Origin: Spirochaetota bacterium | GTDB taxonomy: Bacteria > Spirochaetota > UBA4802 > JAFGDQ01 | Assembly (NCBI GenBank): GCA_043803405.1 | Contig: JAZDKB010000019.1 | Location: 224,001-288,000 of the forward strand | Direction of reading: 5' to 3' | Length of the DNA: 64,000 bases | In this document: in pieces, positions 39,018 to 49,138 of the stretch | How positions within the stretch are numbered: the stretch's first letter is position 1 | Layout of the letters: each line of letters begins with the position of its first letter | Notes under the pieces: generated by a model | Told to the model about the DNA's origin: nothing | The model's database searches: none | What the model saw: the letters and a program-made list of their open reading frames with translations, nothing else | Made by a program: the position numbers and the translations under genes

Positions 39018-39866
39018 TTATTTATTATTTAAATCACCTACTCCAATAAAAGGCACAGCTCCATTGCCTGTCACCTGCGGCAGTATTCCGTTCCATTTCT
39101 CTATCGCCTTTATGTTGGCCTCTACTCTTCTAAGGTCTATCAGGTCCTTTGAAATATTCGCCCTTTGCAGACGTAATGATTCCGCCTCTGCCCTGGCTGA
39201 GGTTATCTTCTGCTCCGCCTCTATCTTAATTCTCTCAAGATCCCTTTGAGCCTTTTGCGCAAGCTGATCGGCTGTCTGCTTTGATTCTATTGCTTCCATG
39301 AATATCTTGCTGAAGCTGAAGCCCACAATGGAAAACGCGACAACAGATATATTATGCTCCTTAAGTCTCTCTGTTAACGTTGATTTCATGGCATCGCTTA
39401 CAGCCGGCCTTTTTGTTATTAGCTGTTCAGCAGTATATTTTGCCGTAATTGCCTTTACTACTTCCTGCACTGCCGGATCAATAATCCGTTCTTTAAATTG
39501 CACGCCTAAAGTCTGGTAGACAATATTCGCTTTATTCGGAGCTATATGGTAGTTAATCGCAACGGTTGAGCTGACATCCTGAAGATCGGATGACGCTGCG
39601 GCTGCTTCGGTAGTCACTTTCTGCACTTTAACATCCATCGGTATAATTTCCTGCACAAGCGGTATTCTGAAATGCAGCCCTTCATCCAACACCGTCTCCT
39701 GAACAGCACCAAAATTAAGAACAACCCCTCTTTCTCCTGCCCCGACTTGAACCCAGGGCCTAAATAACAGTATCAGTATCAAAACCGCAGCTGAAATAAC
39801 TACTGCCCTCATTGGGCCTTTTTTCATGATGAAATCCTTGATCATATTAAAATCTTTTTCTTCCAT
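39018..39866 (-). CDS. SPFH/prohibitin family protein
   Basis: N-terminal TM, GERGVV..FG, EGLHFRIP, SSDLQDV, AIESKQ coiled coil, KWNG.LPQ. Confidence 0.92.
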   Translation of the reverse strand: MEEKDFNMIKDFIMKKGPMRAVVISAAVLILILLFRPWVQVGAGERGVVLNFGAVQETVLDEGLHFRIPLVQEIIPMDVKVQKVTTEAAAASSDLQDVSSTVAINYHIAPNKANIVYQTLGVQFKERIIDPAVQEVVKAITAKYTAEQLITKRPAVSDAMKSTLTERLKEHNISVVAFSIVGFSFSKIFMEAIESKQTADQLAQKAQRDLERIKIEAEQKITSARAEAESLRLQRANISKDLIDLRRVEANIKAIEKWNGILPQVTGNGAVPFIGVGDLNNK

Positions 39867-40137
39867 ATTGCTGACTCCTTTTTTTTATTTACCGGATTTT
39901 GAACATCCGTTTATTTCAACTTTATTTTTTAATTGCCTGCGAAAGGATTCATGAACATATGAGCAGTAGCCGGATGTCGCAATTCGGGCAATTCGTATTG
40001 GTCTCCGTTATTAAATAATGAAATTATTCTGATTACACGTATAGAGGACATGATTCAGTCACGCGCATATTTATGACTGCAGTAAGCCCTTGCCTGCAGA
40101 ATTGAAGTGAATGTCCGGTTTGCCGGGTACCGGCTAT

Positions 40138-40485
40138 TTAAACGAAAGTGGATCTTGACCATACCGCGTATTTGAACGCGGGCAGTTCACTGTTTTTATA
40201 AGTGGAAATAGATAGTGAAAAACATAATTCGGGCGCTGCAGCATACCTGTAACAGCCTGGTAATTCAGAATCGCTGGAGAAAAATTTAATTTTAAAAAAA
40301 TTATTCCTGTTGTTAAAATACGGGCGTATGTTTTTTGTCTGTTGCTTGGCGAAATGTGTTATATTCCATTTTAACGCAGCACAATCGGACATATCGCCTG
40401 CGATTAACGGGCAGAGTATGGCGGTTAAAGCCGCTAGCGCCGTTATTTTGAATTTTAAATGTATCATTTTGCCGAAAAGACGCAT
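40138..40485 (-). CDS. Hypothetical protein (uncertain)
   Basis: 115-aa ORF with a signal-like hydrophobic stretch, filling an otherwise empty region; no motif. Confidence 0.3.
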   Translation of the reverse strand: MRLFGKMIHLKFKITALAALTAILCPLIAGDMSDCAALKWNITHFAKQQTKNIRPYFNNRNNFFKIKFFSSDSELPGCYRYAAAPELCFSLSISTYKNSELPAFKYAVWSRSTFV

Positions 40486-40762
40486 TAGAAAAATTTACCC
40501 TGTAATTATATGAATATATTTTATTCAATTTCCGGTTTCAGTAAATCAAGTAATTCTGAAATGTCAAGCTATATTCCTTGAAAAGGGAAATCGTCATAAG
40601 AAAGCCAGTTAATATAATGTAAAAAAAGCGAATTCTTTGCTGACACACAGACTGGCACTTTTAAAAAAATATAGCGCTCCCTTGCAATAAGAAGTTGCAA
40701 TTATGCAATAGTTGGTTACATCATGTTATCGGTTGATGGCAATCCAAACGGGACAGGACTGT

Positions 40763-41248
40763 ATGCAAAATTTAAGAATTGGAATTGGTTTTGATGTTCA
40801 CGCCTTTGCAAAGGGACGCCCATTATTTCTCGGTGGTGTAAAAATTGATTACGAATACGGTCTGCTTGGGCATTCGGATGCAGATGTTCTTATTCATGCT
40901 ATAATGGATTCCCTCCTGGGCGCTGCAAATCTCGGCGATATCGGCAGGCTGTTTCCGGATACTGATCTGAAATACAAAGACATATCGAGCATTGAGCTGC
41001 TGAAAAACGTGAGCACACTTTTGCGTGAAAAAAATATTGAAATAATAAATATCGATTCTGTTGTAATATGCGAACAGCCGAAGATAAAAGGCTATATCGG
41101 CAGCATGAAGTCGGCTATATCCGGCGCACTTAACGGCCTCACAGCCGACAGGATCGGCATTAAGGGCACCACTACGGAAAAGCTGGGTTTTACAGGCAGA
41201 AAAGAAGGCATTGCTGCGCAGGCTGTCTCGCTTATTCTTCTTGGTTAA
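40763..41248 (+). CDS. ispF: 2-C-methyl-D-erythritol 2,4-cyclodiphosphate synthase
   Basis: RIGIGFDVH, GHSDADV, GDIG..FPD, TTEKLGFTGR; ATG at 40763 after AGGA. Confidence 0.96.
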   Translation: MQNLRIGIGFDVHAFAKGRPLFLGGVKIDYEYGLLGHSDADVLIHAIMDSLLGAANLGDIGRLFPDTDLKYKDISSIELLKNVSTLLREKNIEIINIDSVVICEQPKIKGYIGSMKSAISGALNGLTADRIGIKGTTTEKLGFTGRKEGIAAQAVSLILLG

Positions 41249-41250
41249 TC

Positions 41251-41453
41251 ACAAGTCATCTTAAAATTAAGTCTTATATTCTATAAAATAAAATACATTA
41301 CAAAATTTTCTGCGGAATCAGGCCTTCAACGTTAATTTCTTTAGTCTTTAAAAGTTGTTGCTTCAGGCCTGAAAGGCGTCCTCAAAAATTTTGTAATGTA
41401 TTTTATTTTAAAGTCAGCTATTTTTATAAAATGATATTTTTGAGATGAGTTCT
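41251..41453. repeat. Nested palindromic intergenic element (MITE-like), family A
   Basis: Terminal IR 41251-41266/41438-41453 (13/16), perfect 26-bp inner IR 41284-41309/41385-41410, inner tcaggcct/aggcctga; the right-end motif recurs at 34548 and 52137. Confidence 0.75.
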
Positions 41454-41602
41454 GGTTATTTTATTCTCCCTGAGATCATCTGTTTTTATTTTACTAAAAA
41501 TTAAATTGACAACAGAGTACTTATAAAATCCTTATATAAAAACATTTGAGTTTGATGCTTAATCAGCTTTATCCCCTAATTACAATTTTCAGGAAAATTA
41601 AA

Positions 41603-42817
41603 ATGATCAAGAATGATATAGAAAAGCTAAAAAGAGGAAGCGAAGAAATAATTCCGTTTGATGAATTTCAGAAGAAGCTGGAAAGGTCGGAACGCGAGAA
41701 TAAACCGCTTATTGTTAAAGCGGGCTTTGACCCGACTGCTCCGGACATCCACCTGGGGCACACTGTGCTTTTAAGAAAGATGAAGCAGTTCCAGGAAATG
41801 GGGCACACGGTTGTTTTCCTGATAGGCGATTTTACAGGCATGATAGGCGACCCTACGGGCAAGAGCGAAACAAGGAAAAGATTAACCAAGGAAGAAGTTC
41901 TGCAGAATGCTGAAACATATAAAAAGCAGGTCTATAAGATACTTGATCCTGAAAAGACGGTTCTGGAGTTTAACTCGTCGTGGTGCGAAAAGATGAACTT
42001 CGCAGACGTGCTGACCCTGACTTCACGCTATAATGTTGCAAGAATGCTGGAGCGCGACGATTTTTCTATGAGATACAGGGAAGGCAAACCAATATCGATT
42101 CTTGAGTTCATGTACCCGCTTGTGCAGGGTTACGATTCGGTCGCGTTAAAGGCGGACATTGAGCTTGGCGGCACTGACCAGAAGTTCAACCTCCTTGTGG
42201 GCAGGGATATTCAGAAGGAATACGGGCTTGAGCCGCAGGCAATCGTCACAACTCCTCTTCTGGTTGGGCTGGACGGCGTTCAGAAGATGAGCAAATCATT
42301 GAAGAATTACATAGGCATCAATGAACCGCCAAGAGAGATATTCGGAAAGGTAATGTCCATATCCGACGAACTTATGTTTTTGTATTACGAACTTGTTACA
42401 GATGTCCCGATGGAAGAGATCAACTCGCTCAGGGAAGGGATCAAGAACGGCGCTAAACATCCGAAGGATGTAAAGGTGAGACTCGCCAAAGAGATTTGCG
42501 CACAGTTTTACGACACAGCAACAGCGGATAAGGCGGAAGCGGAATTCAACACTATGTTCGTTAAAAAGGATCTTCCTGATGAAGTTCCGGAATACTTAAT
42601 ACCCGAAGCGGAAAAATCCGGAGGTAAAATATGGCTTATTAAACTGCTTGTGCTTGCGGGAATGGCAAAAACCAATGGCGAAGCGCGCAGGCTTATTCAG
42701 GGAGGCGGAGTTTATTTGGACAGCGAAAGAATAGACAGCGATAAATACGAGCTTCCTTTGCCGGCCGACTGTATTATGAAGGTCGGCAAAAGAAGATTTG
42801 TAAGGCTGAAAGGCTGA
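41603..42817 (+). CDS. tyrS: Tyrosine--tRNA ligase
   Basis: [28 protein letters not shown]-terminal S4 domain. Confidence 0.97.
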   Translation: MIKNDIEKLKRGSEEIIPFDEFQKKLERSERENKPLIVKAGFDPTAPDIHLGHTVLLRKMKQFQEMGHTVVFLIGDFTGMIGDPTGKSETRKRLTKEEVLQNAETYKKQVYKILDPEKTVLEFNSSWCEKMNFADVLTLTSRYNVARMLERDDFSMRYREGKPISILEFMYPLVQGYDSVALKADIELGGTDQKFNLLVGRDIQKEYGLEPQAIVTTPLLVGLDGVQKMSKSLKNYIGINEPPREIFGKVMSISDELMFLYYELVTDVPMEEINSLREGIKNGAKHPKDVKVRLAKEICAQFYDTATADKAEAEFNTMFVKKDLPDEVPEYLIPEAEKSGGKIWLIKLLVLAGMAKTNGEARRLIQGGGVYLDSERIDSDKYELPLPADCIMKVGKRRFVRLKG

Positions 42818-42827
42818 TAGATTTAGT

Positions 42828-43394
42828 TTATTTCCTGGGTTTACTTTTGGAAGCAGTTTTGGTTTTATTCTTCTTCATTAAAAATTCGATTGTATCTTTA
42901 AGCTCGGCATGGAATTGTTTTAGTTCGTCGTTTTGTCTAAGCGGCCGTGCTACAGGGTTCTTTCCTTCTCTTACCTCCTTGAGATAATTCGCCATTACAT
43001 AAAGAGGTCCAGAAATTCTGTGCGTTATTAGAATAAATATTAAAAAGATAATAACTGACTGAATGATTATCATAGCAATGATAAAATGGAGCACTACCTC
43101 GCTGTTCCTTTTTATTTCCACCAGCATCCCGATATTGTTCTTAAACGTGTTTTCCGCTCCCTGCACCACGGGATTATTAGAATTTACGAGAGCTGGCGTT
43201 GTTAAAAACATCTCCATCATCTGATCCTGGGTCTTAACGATTGAGTTTATATAATTACTGTTCTTCCCGGCAAAGTAAAGCAGAACGCATCCTAAAACAA
43301 ACACAGTCAGGAGCGAAATTGCAACAGCTTTAATTGAAATCTTCAGCTGTAATTTTTTATCGATAACGTATTGTTTCCTTTTAAAAATAGCCAT
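42828..43394 (-). CDS. Small 2-TM HAMP-like membrane protein (paralog of 10319-10867)
   Basis: RKQYVIDKKLQ, THRISGPLY, LRQNDEL; ATG at 43394 with GAGG RBS. Confidence 0.7.
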   Translation of the reverse strand: MAIFKRKQYVIDKKLQLKISIKAVAISLLTVFVLGCVLLYFAGKNSNYINSIVKTQDQMMEMFLTTPALVNSNNPVVQGAENTFKNNIGMLVEIKRNSEVVLHFIIAMIIIQSVIIFLIFILITHRISGPLYVMANYLKEVREGKNPVARPLRQNDELKQFHAELKDTIEFLMKKNKTKTASKSKPRK

Positions 43395-43640
43395 CTTTAA
43401 CCTCGTAGTATTTATTATTATGATTTTGTCTGCTGCATTTTCCATTTGCGGAAGCATTATAATAAATTAGACTATAACACCTCTATTATTTAGTCAATAA
43501 TTTTTGATTGCATAATTTATATTATTTATCTATAAACAGCCAGTTCGCATAAATATTAATATGAGGAATTTATTAAATCGTAATTAAGTTAAAGATATAA
43601 TTAATAATTCTCAATCTGCTGAAATTAATACTAAGGGAAA

Positions 43641-45791
43641 TTGAAATTTATGATATTTATAAACATAATAAGTCCGCTGGTTGCAGCTATTTTCCTGTTA
43701 GTAATTTCCTTTTTTGTTATTGTAAAAGACTGGAGATCGCAGCTGACCAAGTATTATATTTATTATAATATTTCGAGTATCGGCCTTCTTCTTACATTGT
43801 TTTTAACTTATGCTTACCCCGAGTATTTTGATCTTACATTGTTGAATAAAATTACGCAGATGTTTGCCGTAATTTTCTTCGGCAGTTTTTTTGCCGTGTC
43901 GATTGTATACCCGAAATCCGAATCCGGATATTCGTTTCTAAAAGTGATTTTAATGCTTTTTCCGTCGTTCATTGCAGGAGCCGTCATTGTTGCTACAAAT
44001 ATTACAATTTCCAAAGCGTACTTCGAAAACGATATATTGATCCGCGAGTTCACTCCTTATTATAAATACTATGCTGTGCTTGTATTTATGTATTTATTCG
44101 CAGGCATTATTAATTTTATCCGGAAATATATTAAGATCAAGATCCGTATTTATAAACTGCAAATGCGCTATGTATTTATAGGAGTTTCAGTGGCGCTTGT
44201 ATTCGCAATATTTTTCTCGATTATACTGCCGCTGGTTTTTAATAATTCCGCGCTCTATACGGTAGGCCCGGCTTTAGGAGGATTTATTTCGGCTGTGGCT
44301 CTTTTTTACGCAGTAATCGCCTATGATCTGATGGGAATAAGGATAGCTGTTCTCAGATCGGTGATCTATGTCATACAGTCAATACTGATAATTGCACCGA
44401 TTGCGGCTATTATGATTTTGTATCACAATAAATCATTCATTTTCAGCGAAACACCGTCATACCTTATATCCGCAATAATCGTTTTAATATTCATCGTTTT
44501 TTCCATTAATATACAGCCTTTTTTAGACAGGATATTACAGAGGCCGCGTTATGCCTTTGAAAAATTATTAAATAATTTAATCAGGGAAATACAGTATATC
44601 AAGAATGTTGAAGAAGTTGTAACAAGGGTAGTGGATATTTTACACGGATCCGTTTTTATTAAAAATATTTTTGCGATGCTGCTTAACAGGAATACGAAAA
44701 ATTTTGAATTGTTTTATTTTAAAGGTCAGAATCCGGATATTAAACCGATAGATATTAACTCTCAGGTTATAAGATGGTTTGTCCGCTATAATATGCCGCT
44801 TAATATGGATAAAATATATATTGAGGAAGAAATTTACGGCGAAATAAGAGAAGATATTTTAAATTTATTTCGCGGACTGGATGTAAAAATAATTCTTCCC
44901 TTGTTTAATGATAAACAGATTACAGGACTGGTCTGTCTAGGAGAAAAAAGCTCAATGGCTTCGTATAAGTCCGATGAAATTGCAATACTCCGGCAGTTTA
45001 ATAATGAAAGCAACGTCTACATAACAAACGCTATTGATCACGAGGAATGGAGCAAGGGACAGCTTGTAAGCGGCATTCTTGACCTGTCGTCCGAGATTTT
45101 ATCCAAAGCTGTACCTGTTAATCTCCCGAAAATTCCGGAGATCCTGTTCGGCGCGTTTTATATTCCGCGATACAGGGAAGGCATTGATTATTTTGATTTT
45201 ATTACCCCGACAAATATAGGCGCAGGCGTGATCGCAACCGATATCTCCGGGCGCGGCATAAACAATGCCCTGTACTCTGTAATCCTCAGATCGGCCTTCC
45301 ATTCCTGTATTGAAGATGCCCATTCGACATACACAATTATGCAGAAATTAAACAGGGCGCTGTTCACTTATGCTAAGGATGAAGGCGGTATTGTTAAGGC
45401 TTATTATTTTTATTATAATATTTACACAATGAGGCTGATATACACCAATGCCGGTTTTCAGCCTCTTGAGATTTACAGGGTCGAAAAAAATATTTATGAA
45501 TCAATGGATACCGAAGGATTCCCGCTCGGCACCGATATTTCAACAAACTACGGAATGGGAAGAACCAACTTACTGGTCGGTGATATAGGTTTTTTGTACT
45601 CAAGATCATTTATAGAATCCAAAAATCAGAAAGGTGAAAAATTTGGATTGACACAATTACGCAAAATTATAAAGGAAAACAGACGCAGACACCCGTCTGA
45701 AATTACAAGCATATTAAAAGAAGAATATCATACTTTTATGGGATTATCATCACCCGAATCTAATGTGCTTGTTATTATTTTTAAAGTTTAA
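43641..45791 (+). CDS. Multi-TM sensor with GAF and degenerate SpoIIE/PP2C domain
   Basis: About 9 TM segments, GAF-like ILPLF...GLVCLGEK, SpoIIE motifs DYFD, DISGRG, YTNAG; late catalytic Asp residues missing. Confidence 0.8.
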   Translation: MKFMIFINIISPLVAAIFLLVISFFVIVKDWRSQLTKYYIYYNISSIGLLLTLFLTYAYPEYFDLTLLNKITQMFAVIFFGSFFAVSIVYPKSESGYSFLKVILMLFPSFIAGAVIVATNITISKAYFENDILIREFTPYYKYYAVLVFMYLFAGIINFIRKYIKIKIRIYKLQMRYVFIGVSVALVFAIFFSIILPLVFNNSALYTVGPALGGFISAVALFYAVIAYDLMGIRIAVLRSVIYVIQSILIIAPIAAIMILYHNKSFIFSETPSYLISAIIVLIFIVFSINIQPFLDRILQRPRYAFEKLLNNLIREIQYIKNVEEVVTRVVDILHGSVFIKNIFAMLLNRNTKNFELFYFKGQNPDIKPIDINSQVIRWFVRYNMPLNMDKIYIEEEIYGEIREDILNLFRGLDVKIILPLFNDKQITGLVCLGEKSSMASYKSDEIAILRQFNNESNVYITNAIDHEEWSKGQLVSGILDLSSEILSKAVPVNLPKIPEILFGAFYIPRYREGIDYFDFITPTNIGAGVIATDISGRGINNALYSVILRSAFHSCIEDAHSTYTIMQKLNRALFTYAKDEGGIVKAYYFYYNIYTMRLIYTNAGFQPLEIYRVEKNIYESMDTEGFPLGTDISTNYGMGRTNLLVGDIGFLYSRSFIESKNQKGEKFGLTQLRKIIKENRRRHPSEITSILKEEYHTFMGLSSPESNVLVIIFKV

Positions 45792-45881
45792 TATAAAGAT
45801 ATTTTTAGATAGAACCTGTCTTAACTATATTGACTTATATGAGTAAAAAAAATAAAATGAACTATATTACAGGAGCATAAA

Positions 45882-47042
45882 ATGTATAAAATCCAGACAC
45901 TGAATAAAATTTCCTCCAACGGACTCGATCTGTTGTCACATGAACAATATGAATATGCTTCCGAAATTATGCATCCTGATGCAATACTTGTGCGAAGCCA
46001 GCAGATGAGTGCGGCGGATTTGCCTAAATCACTGACTGCAGTTGCACGCGCAGGCGCGGGCGTTAACAATATACCGGTAGATGAATGCTCGGAGCGCGGG
46101 ATAGTCGTTTTCAACACTCCGGGAGCAAATGCGAACGGGGTTAAGGAGCTTGTTATGGCGGGCCTTTTATTATCTTCCAGAAAAATTTTCGAAGGAATAA
46201 CATGGGCTAAAACGCTTACAAAGGAAGCTGATGCGGCAAAGACGATAGAGAAGGGCAAATCTAACTATGAAGGGCCGGAGATTCTGGGAAAGAAACTGGG
46301 CGTAATAGGCTTAGGGGCGATAGGAGTAAAGGTTGCAAATGCGGCATTCGATCTGGGTATGGAAGTTGTGGCATACGATCCTTTTATTTCAATTGAAGCG
46401 GCGTGGGGGGTTTCAAGGTATGTTAAAAAAGCAGTAAGCCTTGACAGCCTTATTTCTGTTTCGGATTACATTACTCTGCATTGCCCTCTTAATAAGGATA
46501 CAAAGGAATTTATTAATAAAAGTAAATTTGCAATAATGAAAAAAGGAGTAAGGCTGGTTAATTTTGCCCGCGGCGAGCTTGTAAACAATGCAGATCTGAT
46601 GGACGCGATAAAAAATGGCATTGTCGCAAAATATGTAACTGATTTCCCAAACAACGATCTCCTTGCTGCGGAAAATATAATTCCGATACCGCATCTAGGC
46701 GCTTCCACTCCGGAATCCGAAGAGAACTGCGCTATTATGGCAGTAAATCAGCTTCGGGATTTTCTTGAAAACGGGAATATTATTAACTCTGTAAATTACC
46801 CGGAATGCGTTCTCGCAGCTACAGGAGCAAAGCGCATCACAGTTGCGAACAGAAATGTTCCCAACATGATAGGCCAGATAACCCAGATTCTTGCCAATCA
46901 TAAGATAAACATAGCAGATATGCTTAATAAAAGCAAAGGCAATTACGCTTATAATATCATTGATGTTGACGGCAATATCAGCGAAGATGTGCTCAAAGAA
47001 ATAAAAAATATCAAAGATGTTATTATGGTCAGGGTTCTGTAA
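45882..47042 (+). CDS. serA: D-3-phosphoglycerate dehydrogenase
   Basis: ARAGAGVNN, GLGAIG, NFARG, PHLGAST, C-terminal ACT domain. Confidence 0.93.
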   Translation: MYKIQTLNKISSNGLDLLSHEQYEYASEIMHPDAILVRSQQMSAADLPKSLTAVARAGAGVNNIPVDECSERGIVVFNTPGANANGVKELVMAGLLLSSRKIFEGITWAKTLTKEADAAKTIEKGKSNYEGPEILGKKLGVIGLGAIGVKVANAAFDLGMEVVAYDPFISIEAAWGVSRYVKKAVSLDSLISVSDYITLHCPLNKDTKEFINKSKFAIMKKGVRLVNFARGELVNNADLMDAIKNGIVAKYVTDFPNNDLLAAENIIPIPHLGASTPESEENCAIMAVNQLRDFLENGNIINSVNYPECVLAATGAKRITVANRNVPNMIGQITQILANHKINIADMLNKSKGNYAYNIIDVDGNISEDVLKEIKNIKDVIMVRVL

Positions 47043-47054
47043 ATATAAAATATA

Positions 47055-47672
47055 ATGCACATATCTTTTATAATTTCCATATTCTTTACCCTTTTTATTG
47101 CAGTTGATCCTTTCGGATTGATCCCGATATTCATTATATTTATCACGAAATACGACGCTGCCGAACGCAGAAGAATAATATTCAAAGCAATTATTACGTC
47201 TATTGTAGTTTCAGTTTTTTTTATTTTCCTCGGCAGATTTATTCTATTATATCTCGGCATTTCTCAGGAAGCATTTTTAATTTCCGGCGGCATACTTTTG
47301 TTTTTGATCTCGATGGACCTGATACTGGCCAGGCCTTCGCGCACAAAAATTATGCACGATAATATCGAAGATGTTGAAAAGGAAGATGTGTCGGTTTCCC
47401 CGCTTGCCATACCGATGATATCCGGCCCCGGTACCATTGCGGCTCTTATGATGTTCAGCTCCCAGGTGAAGGATGAGCCGTATATGCTGATCATTATTAC
47501 GTTAATTGCGTTTTTTGTCCTTCTCATCACAATGATAGTTATGTTTTTATCTTCGCATATTGAAAAAGTTCTGGGCAGAACAGGCATATCCGTTATCCAG
47601 AGGATTATGGGGCTTATCCTTTCTGCGCTTGCTGTGCAATTTATTGTTAACGGCATAAAACAAATATTTTAA
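47055..47672 (+). CDS. MarC family membrane protein
   Basis: VDPFG, PLAIPMISGPGTI, RIMGLILSALAVQF. Confidence 0.92.
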   Translation: MHISFIISIFFTLFIAVDPFGLIPIFIIFITKYDAAERRRIIFKAIITSIVVSVFFIFLGRFILLYLGISQEAFLISGGILLFLISMDLILARPSRTKIMHDNIEDVEKEDVSVSPLAIPMISGPGTIAALMMFSSQVKDEPYMLIIITLIAFFVLLITMIVMFLSSHIEKVLGRTGISVIQRIMGLILSALAVQFIVNGIKQIF

Positions 47673-47692
47673 ATTCATACATGGAGACCTTG

Positions 47693-49039
47693 ATGAAAAA
47701 ATATTTCTTTTTGATATTAGCTGCTTTTTTATTTATTACAGCATGCGGTAACAAACAAGCGGCCATAGTTAACGGGATAATTATTTACGAGAATGAGGTG
47801 CTTGAAGGGATAAAAGATATGAGCCCGGAAACAATCGAAAGACTGGGGAAAGAGAATGTTAAACAGAATATTCTTGACGGGTTAGTTGAAAGACAACTGC
47901 TGCTTTGTAAAATCAAGGAAGAAAATTACGGCAAAAGCGAAAAGATCCAGAAATTGTGGATCCCCTATAAAAAAGAAATAACCATTAAATATTTTCTAAA
48001 TACATATCTCCCTGACACTAAGCCACTGTCAGGCTCCCTCATAAAAGATGAATATAACAAGAAAAAGGAAATGTTTAAAATCGAAGGCCAGGTACATGTA
48101 AGGCATATTCTTATCAGGACGGGAAACGGATATCATTCGGAGCAGGAAGCTCTGAATAAAATTACATCTATTGCAGGCGAATTGAAAAAGAACGGCAGCA
48201 ATTTTGCAGAACTGGCAAAAAAATATTCGGAGTGTCCTTCAAAGGAGCAGGGCGGCGATCTCAGCTTTATTACACGCGGCCAGATGGTTAAACCTTTCGA
48301 AGACGCTGCGTTCGCCCTGAAAAAGGGAGAAGTCACGGGCAAGCCTGTGAAGACAGTTTACGGCTATCATTTGATTTATGCTGAAGATGTTAAACCTGCA
48401 TCATATACGCCTTTAGCGGAAGTAAAAAAATATATAATGCCCGGAATATATATAGCTGAAATGGAAAAAGAATACGGGCTGACCATATACCCGGAAAAAG
48501 ACAAGGATGCCAATATAGGAGAAATTAAAAAGCTCAATTATAAATACAATCAGAAATCTTTTCGGGATGATCTTGAAATGCTTATAGGAAAAGCAGAGGC
48601 TTCAAATTACACCCGCAACAACCAGGAGATAATGAAAGCAGCCAAAGAGTTAATGTATTTGAAAATATTTGAAGATAAAATGAAGAACATCAATATGGAA
48701 AAAAGCGAGAATTATCAGAAATATTTCAATAAGGCTTATGACGAATTTCTTTCGAGCAATTATGTTGAAAATGTAGTGTTTAAAGATGTTACGGTCACGG
48801 ACGCCGAAGTACGGCAAATTTACAGAACGAGTATTTCGTCGGAAATGCTTGTCCGGCAGTATGGGCCGAAGTTCGGGAGCGATGCTTCGTACAGGAGGCA
48901 GTTAGAGTCCGAAGTAATACTGCCGGGCATCAAGCGCCAGCTGATCGATCAGAAAAAGACCGATCTTTACACCGGCACAATAGACGAATTAAAAAAGAAA
49001 TATCCTGTTGAGATAAAGATAAAATACAAGACGACATAG
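47693..49039 (+). CDS. Parvulin-type peptidyl-prolyl isomerase lipoprotein (PrsA/SurA-like)
   Basis: ITAC lipobox, VRHILI, FAELAKKYSECPSKEQGGDL, GYHLI. Confidence 0.88.
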   Translation: MKKYFFLILAAFLFITACGNKQAAIVNGIIIYENEVLEGIKDMSPETIERLGKENVKQNILDGLVERQLLLCKIKEENYGKSEKIQKLWIPYKKEITIKYFLNTYLPDTKPLSGSLIKDEYNKKKEMFKIEGQVHVRHILIRTGNGYHSEQEALNKITSIAGELKKNGSNFAELAKKYSECPSKEQGGDLSFITRGQMVKPFEDAAFALKKGEVTGKPVKTVYGYHLIYAEDVKPASYTPLAEVKKYIMPGIYIAEMEKEYGLTIYPEKDKDANIGEIKKLNYKYNQKSFRDDLEMLIGKAEASNYTRNNQEIMKAAKELMYLKIFEDKMKNINMEKSENYQKYFNKAYDEFLSSNYVENVVFKDVTVTDAEVRQIYRTSISSEMLVRQYGPKFGSDASYRRQLESEVILPGIKRQLIDQKKTDLYTGTIDELKKKYPVEIKIKYKTT

Positions 49040-49138
49040 AAATCTAACATTCGGTTGATACAATTATCATAAAGAATAATTACAGTGAGGTTTTTTATGC
49101 CCTCACCCCTTGATCCCCTCTAAAAAATATTTTTTTAT

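Noticed and set aside
49100..49126. CCCTCACCCC...CCCCTCT REP-like half site (and TTAGAGGTACCC near 13290 as a possible IS end)
   Set aside because: Single, partial copies with no partner arm in the window
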